A stretch of 64,000 nt of DNA from Mayamaea pseudoterrestris (lineage: Eukaryota), in assembly GCA_027923505.1 (NCBI GenBank), contig BROI01000002.1, forward strand, positions 1,550,001 to 1,614,000, read 5' to 3'. Each line of letters starts with the position of its first letter. The stretch's first letter is position 1. Under the pieces are notes generated by a model. The model saw only the letters and a program-made list of their open reading frames with translations. It searched no databases and was not told the origin of the DNA. A program made the position numbers and the translations under genes. Shown piece after piece: positions 1 to 10,679 of this stretch.

Positions 1-1482
1 AATGACAGCATCTTCCGACTTGCAATCTTTCTGCTCGCACTTCATGGGGAATGTGATACTACCTGATGAATTTTTAGCAATGTCAATCAAACGCTTCCAT
101 ATTTGTGGCCTGTCGAGGTCAATCGCAATCACGTTCGCGCCGAGCGCCATGAGCACCAACAGCGGACCCATGGCTGATCCAGCCCCCAGCAACACAAAGT
201 AGCGGTCCGATACGTCGAGCCACTTTGGATTCTCCGCACACTTTTTAATGGCGTCACCGCAGCTTGGTTCAATCGTGCCATATGAAACCCATGCGTCGAC
301 TTGATCCATGAGCTCTTTTCCATGCAGCGTTTTTCCCTTGTACGGAATCTCCAGCCGGTCCGTCCGTTGCTTGCCTTGACCTTGAATGAATCCCGTGTGA
401 AATGTTTCACTTCCACTAGCTTTGCCGGCCATGGCGTCCTTGAAACTCGTGGACGTTCCATCCGGTGCGACAAACTCGAACAGTTCGTACGCCTTGTTTA
501 AACCAGCTTGCGCAATTTTCAAGGCTGCCTCTGGACTTTTACACTGCTCCTCCACCATGGCGCGCAAATGCTTGGTGTACTGGAACCGCCAGTGGCGACT
601 GCGTAAGACGGCGCTCGCCTTGGTTGGATTGACTGCGCCCACGGCCGCCGCAACAATCTGCTGGTTGATCTTGGTGGAGGATCGCTCGCCCTTACTATCG
701 AGTGGCCATACCAGTCCACGCGGTGGTGGCGGAAGCTTGGCGAACCTCTTTTTAAAGGCACTCTTGCGGTTTCCAACCATGTTGAGAATCATAAACGGAG
801 ATCCGACAAAGTAAACGGCAGGAAGAATTTTGCCGTACAAGACTGCGGCAAACGGACCAAACATGTGTAACAAAGCTCCATCCGACGCGGCCTTGAAAAA
901 CACAGTGAGCTCGCCAGTAATGCCGGATGGATACAGTACGGCAAAGAGCGAGTATCGGAGCCAAAATAGCCAGTATGGTGTCCTCTTGGTGGCATCGCCA
1001 GTCAGTATGGCCAAAATGTAAAAGGCGTAGCGCGGCACTTCCACGAGCGACCACGACAGAATCATGAGTCCGGCTCCCCATTGCGCTATTATTAAAAGAA
1101 GAAACATGATTGAGAAAGAGAATCAATACTATCAATCTTGTTTATTTTCACAATAAGACTCGCTCTCACCTTGCGCGGACGGAGCGTACGCCACGGCCAG
1201 TAGCGCGAAGATGCGACTCCCCACTTGCATGGCCGTCACCAAAACGGGCGATCGGACCAGTTTCAGCATGGCATGCACCACCTCCATGATTGCCGCCATT
1301 TGCGTGTACCACAGCAACTGAGCCATGTGGGACGCAGCGTAAACGTGCGACAGCGCATCCGTCACGTTGGTGTTTGCAGCCAAGTCGGAGAAGATGGATT
1401 GCACGGCAATCTTGCAAATGAGCGCCCATCCAGCACAGCAGAGGAAATTATAAAGGATTAGATATGCGTCCTTCGGATCCAT
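1..1482 (-). CDS. Very-long-chain 3-hydroxyacyl-CoA dehydratase (HACD/PTPLA/PHS1/PAS2 family) fused to a long C-terminal domain; 3' end runs off the left edge
   Basis: Exon 1 is 1482-1170 (YLILYN...Q..A.MEV.H...LVRSP...QV.SR). Intron 1169-1086 is GT..AG. Exon 2 reads QWGAGLMILSWSLVEVPRYAFY...WLRYSLFAVLYPSGITGE, the PTPLA catalytic Tyr/Glu motif, and stays open to position 1. Confidence 0.9.
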
Positions 1483-2328
1483 GATGGTGAATGGTGATGA
1501 ATGTAAAGAGGCAAGTTTTAATGATCAACAATATATAAAGTTACGGCGCAGCCTTTCCTTTGTCCATGGTGAATGACGAACGATGCATGGCGCGGCACCG
1601 CGGCGCGCCAATCCTTTCATTGCGACATCAACAAGAGCCATTTCAGTAACGCTTCAAAATTAGTAGCTATCGTCACAATCCCAATGCCGAACTTTGAAAA
1701 TGGCGCCGCATCAGCTTCAGATAACGAGCATCTTGTTGCTGGCGTGCCGCATCAATTATCGCCAATGGCATTGACAGCTTATAGCTTGTTTTATTGTTTC
1801 AATGGCATTACAGGCGTCTCGATGAGAGTGTGGACAAGTACGTGGAACGTCGCCATGCAAACAGTTGTGCCAAACGAGGTCCGCTGGGGCGGTTTGCATC
1901 ATTGCTTTCGCCATGGTGACGGGCGGTTGTCAAGTACCGGTAGAGTGTGTGGGTTGTGGATTTTGGGATCGGACTGGATCACAAATCGCGACGCGCTGGA
2001 TGTGAGGTGCTACAGTTTCACCACCGGTAAACTCCAAGCAAGCTAAGTGCAGCAGACTGTCCCATCACAAGATATTCACAAATCGCAGATAGATGTATCA
2101 TTTTGTATCCGATGGCCTGGGAATCATGGGGCAACCAAGGCCGAGCCTGTCCATCATGTGCGGTACAGTACCAATGCATGCCTGAGGATACAATTTTCTA
2201 TACAGCGGCGCTTACGAACAAAAAAGTCTATAGGCTTCGACTGCAATGACGTTCTCCTATTATAGATTAGAGATTGTTCTCAATAAGTTTACTCTTTCTC
2301 CTTGTTCACTGGTACCAACATATTCTCA

Positions 2329-4329
2329 CTAGCCTGCGCGACAACCGGTGCAGCATGGACACTCGACACCAGCCTCTGCAATCGGGCCCGACGCCGCGCA
2401 ATTGGCAGTCAATGACTTGAGTGTTCCACCATCCACCAAATCACAGACAGACTGCGGCATGTTTCCAGAAATGCCAGTGTTCTCCAATGTAAAGAGGCGC
2501 AACTCAGACGACTGTCCAATGCCGTCCGGTATCGTTCCAGTCAAGCCGACATTGTCGTGAAGTTGTACGACGCGCAAGCTTGGGAACTCACCGATACCTT
2601 CAATGCTGCCCGTAAGCAGGTTGTCATTCAAGTCGAGATGGGTCAATTTGCTGAGAGTAAACAGCTCGCGTGGCAAGGAGCCTTGCAGGAGGTTAAAGTC
2701 CAAGTCCAGATAGTACAAATTGGACAATGCTCCGAAACTTGATGGAATTGAACCCGTAAGACTATTCCGCTCTAAACGCAAAAAGCTGAGATCAGACAAG
2801 AGAGAAAGCTCGGAAGGGATCGAGCCTGATGGATGCGCGTAAAGAGAACGTATCGTAAGAAAACGCATTGACATTGAGTGTCATTGCATGAGCTGACATT
2901 CACAGATCAATAACTCACCGACCAAATTGTTGTCCACCAGCTTAATTCGGGTTACACATCCGTCCTCGCAGGTGATTCCTGCCCAGTCACATTCACTGTC
3001 GCCGCTTAGGAAAGCACTTGAATCTGGACCGTCGCTGATCCAAGCATCGCCGCCGGTGGCGTAGTAAAGGGTTGCCAAGACCCAGCGTTGAAGCAATTGA
3101 CAAGTGTTTTCTTCGGGGCACACACGAAGCGAATCTTGATCAATCAACCAAGTCGTCGCCATGCCTTGGGGTGAATCAATGTCGCGAATCAGGTCCGAGG
3201 CCGCCTTTGATTCCAAAAGCTCAAGAATCTGCAGAGTTCGGTCCTCCTCCGATGACTCGCAAGCTGAGAGCGGATAGTAGTTGAATGACGGAACGTCGGA
3301 AGGAAACTCCGAAACGGCAATGGTCGGATAGACGGGCACTGCTTCTGTTGGATACTGCGATGGAACATCTGACGGGATTTCCGAAACTTGCGCCGACGGA
3401 AGATATGATGGAACGTCAGAAGGAAACTCGGTAGCCGCTGCCGACGGAGAATAGGACGGGACATCTGATGGCACCTCAGAGACTAGAGGCGAAGGGCGAT
3501 ATGATGGAACGTCAGAAGGAGACTCGGTGGCCGCTGCCGACGGAGAAAAAGACGGGACATCCGATGGCACCTCAGAGACCTGCGCCGAAGGAAAATATGA
3601 TGGAACGTCAGAAGGAGACTCGGTGACCGCTGCCGACGGAGAAAACGACGGGACATCGGACGGAACTTCGGAAACTTGCACCGATGGTTTTAGCGTCGGG
3701 ACATTGGACGGATACTCGGAGGCTTGCACAGTTGGTTTAAATGTTGGAACATTTGACGGAACCTCCGAGACTTGCACCGATGGCTGAGCTGATGGAACAT
3801 CTGACGGAAACTCGGAAGAGATCACAGTCGGTAGGAGAGGCGGAATCTTAATCGTTGGAACACTCGACGGAACCTCCGAGACTTGCACCGATGGCTGCGC
3901 AGATGGAACATTTGACGGAAATTCGGAAACGAGCACCGTCGGCAGAAGAGGCGGAATCTTAATCGTTGGAACACTCGACGGAACCTCCGAAACTAGCAGA
4001 GACGGAGAGGCAGAAGGCACATCCGAGGGACTACTCGTCGGTGCCAGACTGAATGAGAGCTGCCCACGCAAAAGCGAACGAACAGCCTCCATGCGCGCAT
4101 CCATTTCGTCCTTGTTGGTATCTACCGCGTCATGATTGTTGCTCTCGCGAAAGAGAGCATGGTAGTCGCTCCCAGTGTCAAACATGGCTGCCAGTTCGTA
4201 GGAATCATGTTGGGACTTGCGAAAACGCTGCGCCTTGTCGGCGCGAAGAGATAGATCCACAGCGTCCGTCAGAAATGATGTTGCAGCAAAAATAGTTAAG
4301 ATGAGTGTCTTGGAAAGCGACGACATCAT
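2329..4329 (-). CDS. Secreted or surface LRR protein with a Pro/Ser-rich repeat stalk
   Basis: N-terminal signal peptide; SEVPSDVPS repeats; diatom-type LRR cap (SPQ..A..WL...QR.VLA.LYYATGG..W...ECDW.GI.C). Intron 2918-2826. Plant-type LxxLxLxxNxLxGxIP repeats and a C-terminal Cys cap (VECPCCTGC). Confidence 0.88.
3290..4035 (-). repeat. Coding tandem repeats (~16-aa SEVPSDVPSxxPSxxV units, plus a 37-aa/111-nt duplication)
   Basis: Repeats are visible in the translation. CGGAATCTTAATCGTTGGAACACTCGACGGAACCTCCGA occurs at 3841 and 3952. Confidence 0.9.
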
Positions 4330-4918
4330 GTTCCTCTAGCGTTGTTTGATGGCGTAGCAATGCAGGAGGACGCGAATTTGTGACAGAATTGCGCCGTAGG
4401 AGATGATCAACAATGAGGTGGAGACTCGACCGTTTCAGCGAGTTGGCCACGAAATATTCATTGGCGCGACGAGGCTTATGCTTTGGCAAAATTTCGCCCA
4501 GTCAAGCCAATCGTCTGGCTAAAACATTGCTGTCATTCAGGACGAGTTGACGTAAAAGCCAATGCCGACGAATGGACAACTCCCTACTATCAGCCATGTG
4601 GAACAATTTTCAACAATTTTAAAAGTTTTACATGACAATCTACACTCCGACTTGGCGCAACCAATGCGCCGAGATCTCGCACCTCAGCGGCAGCAATACT
4701 CAATTGTGAATGCTCTTGATCCAGCTGAGAATGCATTCGGGTTCGTCGAATGAGTCATTTGAGTTAGCCACCCGGAGAAATGAGTCGTGCGAAAATGCCG
4801 CAATTCAACGGACCAGTTTCCGTCGAACAAGAACCACGATCAAGCAGCATCTGTTGCCTCCAACCATCAAACGCTTGCGCACCCAACAGCTTATCCACAC
4901 CTTGGACAGTTTCATAAC

Positions 4919-6541
4919 ATGCGGTCCATGTTATTCGCTGCTTTCCTGAGCTCTCTATCGACAGCTGTAGCCTTTACGACATCTCCCAGTCTCGCCGCGC
5001 CACAAGCAAGAAAAGAGTCATTATCGAAAACCAATACTTTTCGCTTTGTGGCGAGCAACCTTTGGGAGACTCCTCCTCCGTTGCAATCTAGTCCAAAAAA
5101 GCAGCAGCAGCAATTAGTGAAGCAGCAGCTCGATGCGAAAGGAGCCTCGATTCCAAACACGAGCATTAATCTTGTGAAAAGCATTGTCGGAAGGTACGTT
5201 GACCTTTGTCAAAACACAAGGCTGATGACGAAATCACAGACTCGGAAGCAAATTTCTCTCATGTTTTGCTCATATCTATTTCTGCTTCACATAAAAACAA
5301 AACAGCGGCGTGTTGGCCTTGCCGTATGCAGTTTCATCGCTTGGCGACAATCCACAAAATGTTCTTGGACCAGCAGTCATTGCCATTGTCGCCATGGGCT
5401 CCATTTACGGTTTCTTCTTTCGACTCGTTGGCCAAGTGTGCGACTGGACCAAGGCTACGAGCTACAAGCAAGCCTGGCAGGAAACTATTGGCGATGAAAG
5501 TAGTCAAGTCGTGGCAGTGGTGGTCATGCTCAAGACGCTACTGAGCTGCCTGGCCTACAGCATGATTTTGGCCGACTCGTTTCAGTCACTAGCCTTTGCG
5601 GCGGGCCTGCACGAGGCGACGAGGACGGAGGCATTGTTGTGTATGACACTGTTTGGATTATTACCGCTCTGTCTGCAAAAAGATTTGAGTGCGCTCGCAC
5701 CCTTTAGTTTGGCCGGACTCGTTGGCATGGGCTTTACGACAGTTGCCATGATGGTTAGGTACTTGGATGGGAGTTATGCCGATCAAGGAGTCTTTTCTTT
5801 GGCGCCACCTTGCTTTGGAGACTGTGGCCCGGACTTGAGTGGCGTTTTGCTCGCTTGTACGTTGGCGACGGCCTTTGTCGCGCATTACAATGCACCGCGA
5901 TTCCACTCGGAACTGAAGGACAATACCATGGAGCGCTTTACAGCTGTCACTGGTATATCCTTTAGTATTTCGACACTGCTGTTCATTATGGTTGCTGTGT
6001 CGGGCTTTTTATCGTTTGGAAGTACGACGCACGGAAACGTTTTGACCAATTACTCGTAAGTTTGCGTGCAGTTACCGTTGTTCGCTAGCATTCAAGCGCA
6101 AAGTACTCACACCATCTCCCGTTTATCAGTCCCTATGATCCCTTGATGATTGCTAGTCGAGGCGCCGTGGCATCATCGTTGCTATTTACATATCCGCTTC
6201 CCTTTGTTGGACTTCGCGACGGCGCTCTTGATGTTTTGAACGTTCCAGCCGAAAGTCGGACCGATGCGTTGCTCACTGCCTCTACCATTGGCCTGCTATC
6301 GCTGGTGACGGTTGCCGCATACTACATTCACGACTTGGCGCTGCTGCTTTCCGTTGGCGGAGGTTCATTTAGCACTGCCGTTGCCAGCGTCTTTCCAACC
6401 ATTATGTTTGGAGCCGCCGCCAAAAAGTACGGATCAGAAAGCGACCAGCTCCAGGCGAAGATTGCCAATGTGCTAATGGTAGCCTGCGTTGGGATTGGAG
6501 GGCTCGGAATCTACTTTTCGCTGCAGAGTGCGCTGCTATAG
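4919..6541 (+). CDS. Amino acid transporter (Aa_trans/SLC38-like AAAP family), probably plastid-targeted
   Basis: Exons 4919-5193, 5306-6055 and 6130-6541. Motifs ASIPNTSINLVKSIVGSGVLALP and AFVAHYNAPRF, with multiple TM helices. Presequence MRSMLFAAFLSSLSTAVA-FTT is ASAFAP-like. Confidence 0.88.
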
Positions 6542-6687
6542 CGAACATGACTTGCAAACTTGTGCAAGCACCCAGTGCACGAATCAAAAAAACCCCATGC
6601 ATTACATACCACACAGCTGAATTAACATAGACCATTATAGATCCGATAAACGAGAATATAGAGCAATAAATACATATATACAAGAAT

Positions 6688-7155
6688 CTAAAAGTCGCTA
6701 CACCGACCCTTGCGCTCCCAGTCTCCAAACCGCGTTGGCTCCATGAAGCGACCTCCGCGTCGGGGACCGCCCCACTCCTTGGTGCGAAAGGTAAAGTCAT
6801 CATGGGGCTCGACAAACATTTCCTCCTGCTCGTCTTCGTCGTTAGCAGTAGCAGTAACAGAATCATGACTGACTGCTTTGGATGATGCTTGAGCCGTACC
6901 TTGCTGCATGGTAATAACAACTTCAGGAGTGCCCGTAGCTTTTACCGTCACTCCTTCATCTACGTCAACGTTGCTTGCATCGTTCCGCGGCGCTTTCGTT
7001 GAGAACAAAGAAGAAGAACCAAACGATGATGTGAATGGAACGGCACGATTCGTCGTCGTCGTCGTCATCAACGCTGGCGGGCGAAACATAGTCTGCATTC
7101 GTCTTGATGCCGATCGTGTCACGAGAGTACTTGCGTTATAAAGCATTCTGTTCAT
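6688..7155 (-). CDS. SDHAF4: Succinate dehydrogenase assembly factor 4 (DUF1674), mitochondrial
   Basis: C-terminal EWGGP...EPTRFGDWERKGRCSDF signature; Arg/Ser/Thr-rich mitochondrial-type presequence. Confidence 0.92.
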   Translation of the reverse strand: MNRMLYNASTLVTRSASRRMQTMFRPPALMTTTTTNRAVPFTSSFGSSSLFSTKAPRNDASNVDVDEGVTVKATGTPEVVITMQQGTAQASSKAVSHDSVTATANDEDEQEEMFVEPHDDFTFRTKEWGGPRRGGRFMEPTRFGDWERKGRCSDF

Positions 7156-7346
7156 GGTAAATGTGATTTGTGAACAAGAGGAATGTACTTGATCTATTTG
7201 TAGCGATGATGTGGTCGGGGATTTTTACATTATTTTGACCGTGTGATGAGGCGCGGTGCCGCGTTGAGTCGCAGTGAAAACCGTTGCGATACTTAGTCAG
7301 TCGTAGCGGGCTTTCACGACTGAAAGATGAGGCAGGCAGGTAAAAT

Positions 7347-7368
7347 ACCAAGGGTGATCACCCTTGGT
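7347..7368. repeat. Perfect 22-bp palindrome ACCAAGGGTGATCACCCTTGGT
   Basis: Self-reverse-complementary sequence in intergenic DNA. Confidence 0.9.
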
Positions 7369-7593
7369 TATACTGTACCTACATCTATATTGGCGAAGCA
7401 CTTGATCAAGTATTGTACATCATAACCTTAGAATTTGAAGTGAAAATGGTATGAAGCATGGTTAAGGTACAATTTGAGACGAGACTGATTGGAAGTATGC
7501 CAATAGTCACGAGCATGCAGTATAGGTAAATGGCGGAGAGCCGAGAAACTAGGTGCCGCCGCTACCACTTTTGGTCACTTGGCCGGCTGCTCC

Positions 7594-9471
7594 TTACATG
7601 CAAGTGCAATTGCAACTGCACTGGACCCGCGAGCAGTCCACGACGATTCCCTCCGTAGCGTCCTGCGACAAGAACATATCACAGACACTGCTGGGAATGC
7701 TGCCTGTCATGTTCGTATCATAGATTCGCAAACTACCCAGTCGCGAAAGCTGTGCAAACTCGGAAGGTAGCGTTCCTTCAGTTCGCGTGCCTGACACATC
7801 CAAAGACGCCAACGATGTTAACCTTGCAATTGCTTGACTGGGAAGGGTTCCTGACAAGCTCGTATTGGACATGCGCAGAAAGACTAAGTCACTTAGCCGC
7901 TGTAACTGAGATGGCAGCGTTCCACTCAGCCGCGTGTTGTTGAACATGTCGATTCGATGTAGCGCAGTGCACAAGGAGATTTGACTCGGCAATGTGCCTG
8001 ACATAACATTGGAACTTAACGAGAGAAATTGAAGCATTGTTAGCTTTCCGATTGCACTCGGAAGCGTTCCGTTGAAAGAGTTTTGTGTAAGATTTAAATT
8101 TTGGAGAATCGAATTGTCGTTCTTAGAAGATAGTGTTATCTGGCCAGTCAGTGCATTGTTAGAAAGGTCCATCAACACCAAAGACGGTAGTTGAAAGAGT
8201 GCGGATGGCAAGCTGCCTGAGAATCGATTTTTACCGAGATACATTGTACCCATATTAGTGTACATCCCAACAATGTTGGGTATGCTACCAGAAAATTGGT
8301 TGCCTTCTAAAAGGAGAATAGAAGCGTCTTTCCAGCTTCGCCATAAAGTTTCGTCAATTTCGCCAAACAGGGCATTGCCGCTGAGTTTAATATAGCGCAA
8401 GGTCGTTATGAGCGACAATTCTAGCGGTATTCTGCCAACCAATCCATTGTTAGATAGATCAATATATTCAATTCCATCTTTACCATCAGGTTGACAGCGT
8501 CCTTCGTGCGAAACTACGTAGTACCGAGTCGTATCGACAAACCACCAAGAACAGCGATAATCCTCTTCTGCATTAAGCCAGTTGGTACTATTCTTCCATT
8601 GGGGGCCATCGGTTGCATAGTACAGCACCACAAGTGCGAACATGTCCGTAATGGCGACCAGCGAGCCATTGTGAAGGTTTGTATGCGTCATGATCCACTT
8701 CCAAGCTTTACCTTGAGGCGACGCTGGTTGAAACTCAGCATCTTGGCTGGCCCATGCTTTGTCCATGTACCATATTGCACTTGCTCTTGTATCAGCCGAT
8801 AGCTCATTCCGTATCATGTTCACTGTGCTTTCCGGTAAGCTCATTGCAAGCTTCTCAACCGTGGAGGGCATTGCGAAAAAGGAATGTGGCATGTTGCTCA
8901 CTGGAGCGACTGGCTGGCTTGTTAGCCCGATCGATAGTGCAGCGAAAAGCAACAAGCAAACAAGCGCAGCTACATATGCTATTAGCCGCTGTCGTTTCAC
9001 GTAAATGCCTTCAACTGCTCTGGAAGGGACGGACTCTATGTTAAAAGGTGCGACTGAATGATTCGAAAGAGTTGCAACGCCTTCAAATACAGATTCAAAA
9101 TCGTTGCATGCTTGGGTTTTCATGTTGACCAAGTTCGTTTGACCTGATGGGCCAGCATTGACTATTGTGGCGTCATACTCATTATCGATAGCTTCAGAGG
9201 CAGCATCATCAACTGGTAGAATGCCATTACGGTATACCCGCGTCACTCCAGGTATCAAGCTCGGAAGAAACTCAGAGCCAGCTGGTATCCCTGCGTCAAT
9301 TATTGAGAGTTGGTCATCTTTGCTGTCGTCTGATATACTGGTAGCAGCAACCTTGTCGCTCGTTCTTGTCGCTGCTGTCACACTGTCAGTCTCTGCGATG
9401 TCGACTGCTGTCTCGCTCTCGTTTTCTTGAAATCGTTCTCCTTTAGAAACCTTTGCATCACTATCTGCCAT
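7594..9471 (-). CDS. Single-pass (type II) membrane LRR receptor-like protein
   Basis: Acidic N-terminal tail, one TM helix (LIAYVAALVCLLLFAALSIGL), LRR cap (SPQGKAWKW...ALVVLYYATDGPQW...NWL...CSW), about 10 LRRs and a C-terminal VDCSRVQCSCNCTC cap. Intronless. Confidence 0.88.
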   Translation of the reverse strand: MADSDAKVSKGERFQENESETAVDIAETDSVTAATRTSDKVAATSISDDSKDDQLSIIDAGIPAGSEFLPSLIPGVTRVYRNGILPVDDAASEAIDNEYDATIVNAGPSGQTNLVNMKTQACNDFESVFEGVATLSNHSVAPFNIESVPSRAVEGIYVKRQRLIAYVAALVCLLLFAALSIGLTSQPVAPVSNMPHSFFAMPSTVEKLAMSLPESTVNMIRNELSADTRASAIWYMDKAWASQDAEFQPASPQGKAWKWIMTHTNLHNGSLVAITDMFALVVLYYATDGPQWKNSTNWLNAEEDYRCSWWFVDTTRYYVVSHEGRCQPDGKDGIEYIDLSNNGLVGRIPLELSLITTLRYIKLSGNALFGEIDETLWRSWKDASILLLEGNQFSGSIPNIVGMYTNMGTMYLGKNRFSGSLPSALFQLPSLVLMDLSNNALTGQITLSSKNDNSILQNLNLTQNSFNGTLPSAIGKLTMLQFLSLSSNVMSGTLPSQISLCTALHRIDMFNNTRLSGTLPSQLQRLSDLVFLRMSNTSLSGTLPSQAIARLTSLASLDVSGTRTEGTLPSEFAQLSRLGSLRIYDTNMTGSIPSSVCDMFLSQDATEGIVVDCSRVQCSCNCTCM

Positions 9472-9735
9472 GATGTATAGCAATCATCAGGTAATGCATA
9501 TTTGAATGAGCATATACGTTTTGCCATCCGATCGAGCTTGTACTTCGTAAATCCAGCAAGATCGACAGATCGACAGCTGTGACGCCGTGACGAAACGGTG
9601 AGGGCTATCAGAGCCGATGCGACAGGCTGTCACGCTTTTCATCCTTGCTGACTCCGACGATCGTCCGTTTCCATCACCCCATGATCCAAAACGCTTTCTG
9701 CGTCGAGTCTACAGCTACCCTTATCCTATTTTTCA

Positions 9736-10419
9736 ATGTCAGAGCCCCTTCTGTTAGTGGAGCAACATTGCTCCTACGGTATATTGGTGGATCTTGTGCG
9801 TCACTGGAGCTTTGGCGATGCCATCTTGCCATTATCGGCAACATCTTCAGCACCCTCCACTGGCAACGCTAAGACTGTACCACTTCTACTATCTCCCGAG
9901 CTAGCAATATATTGCGTCTCTTTTCTGACTGTTGAACCTGTGAATGCATCTGAAGTCATTGCAGCCGCATGTTCCTCGACTGACGGTCGTCACGATTTAC
10001 AAGAATGCTTGACGGAAGACGAGTCAACCTGGTGGATCTCCAACGCTGGCAGCATGCCGCGCGGCCAAGGCTGCGAATGGGTCGAGCTACAGCTTGGACC
10101 GGTCACTCGGCGAATCAGCAGTGTCAGCGTCAAGATTCCTCCCCTTCCGCTTGGGCCGCTGAGTGTTGAAACCTTTCATTTGCAAATACCTGATGCAGAC
10201 TCTTCTCTTGACAAGCCTGCCTGGAGGGCGCTGCCTACGCAGCATGTCGTTACGAATCGAACTGGATGGCAGCACTTTGCATTGCCAGAACCTGTCGATG
10301 CGTCTCGCATACGAATTGTATGTCTACGGAACCAAATGGCCGGGTTTACGCGAGACTTGTCGCCCGAATTGGTGGCGCTATACGAAAGCGTTGGCTTTTA
10401 CTCCGTGAGATTTGATTGA
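9736..10419 (+). CDS. Hypothetical protein with a probable galactose-binding-like (discoidin/APC10-like) domain
   Basis: 227-aa ORF. Pattern SS.D...L.ECL..DESTWWIS...EWVELQLG....I..V...IPPLP, followed by Q.F....PV.ASRIRIVC. Confidence 0.6.
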   Translation: MSEPLLLVEQHCSYGILVDLVRHWSFGDAILPLSATSSAPSTGNAKTVPLLLSPELAIYCVSFLTVEPVNASEVIAAACSSTDGRHDLQECLTEDESTWWISNAGSMPRGQGCEWVELQLGPVTRRISSVSVKIPPLPLGPLSVETFHLQIPDADSSLDKPAWRALPTQHVVTNRTGWQHFALPEPVDASRIRIVCLRNQMAGFTRDLSPELVALYESVGFYSVRFD

Positions 10420-10679
10420 CATTATCAAAACTATGACGGAGTTTAGCTGGCGGCTATTTAATCTGGTAGTGGTAAGGAGAACCAGCGAAGATGAGGCTAT
10501 CATTCTGTCTATAGGTACACTGAGTTGCCACGTTCGGACGCGGAGACCGAGCCACATACGGTACCTATTAGTTGTCAAATTCGTACAATGTATATTAATT
10601 CATTCTATCGTATGTACTCTTATTGTTTCGAAATGTAATACATAATGAAGATACCGAACGAAATACACGTTCGAAACAC

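Noticed and set aside
1573..2265. 157-aa and 72-aa ORFs between HACD and the LRR gene
   Set aside because: No protein-like motifs; the region is promoter or 3' intergenic DNA.
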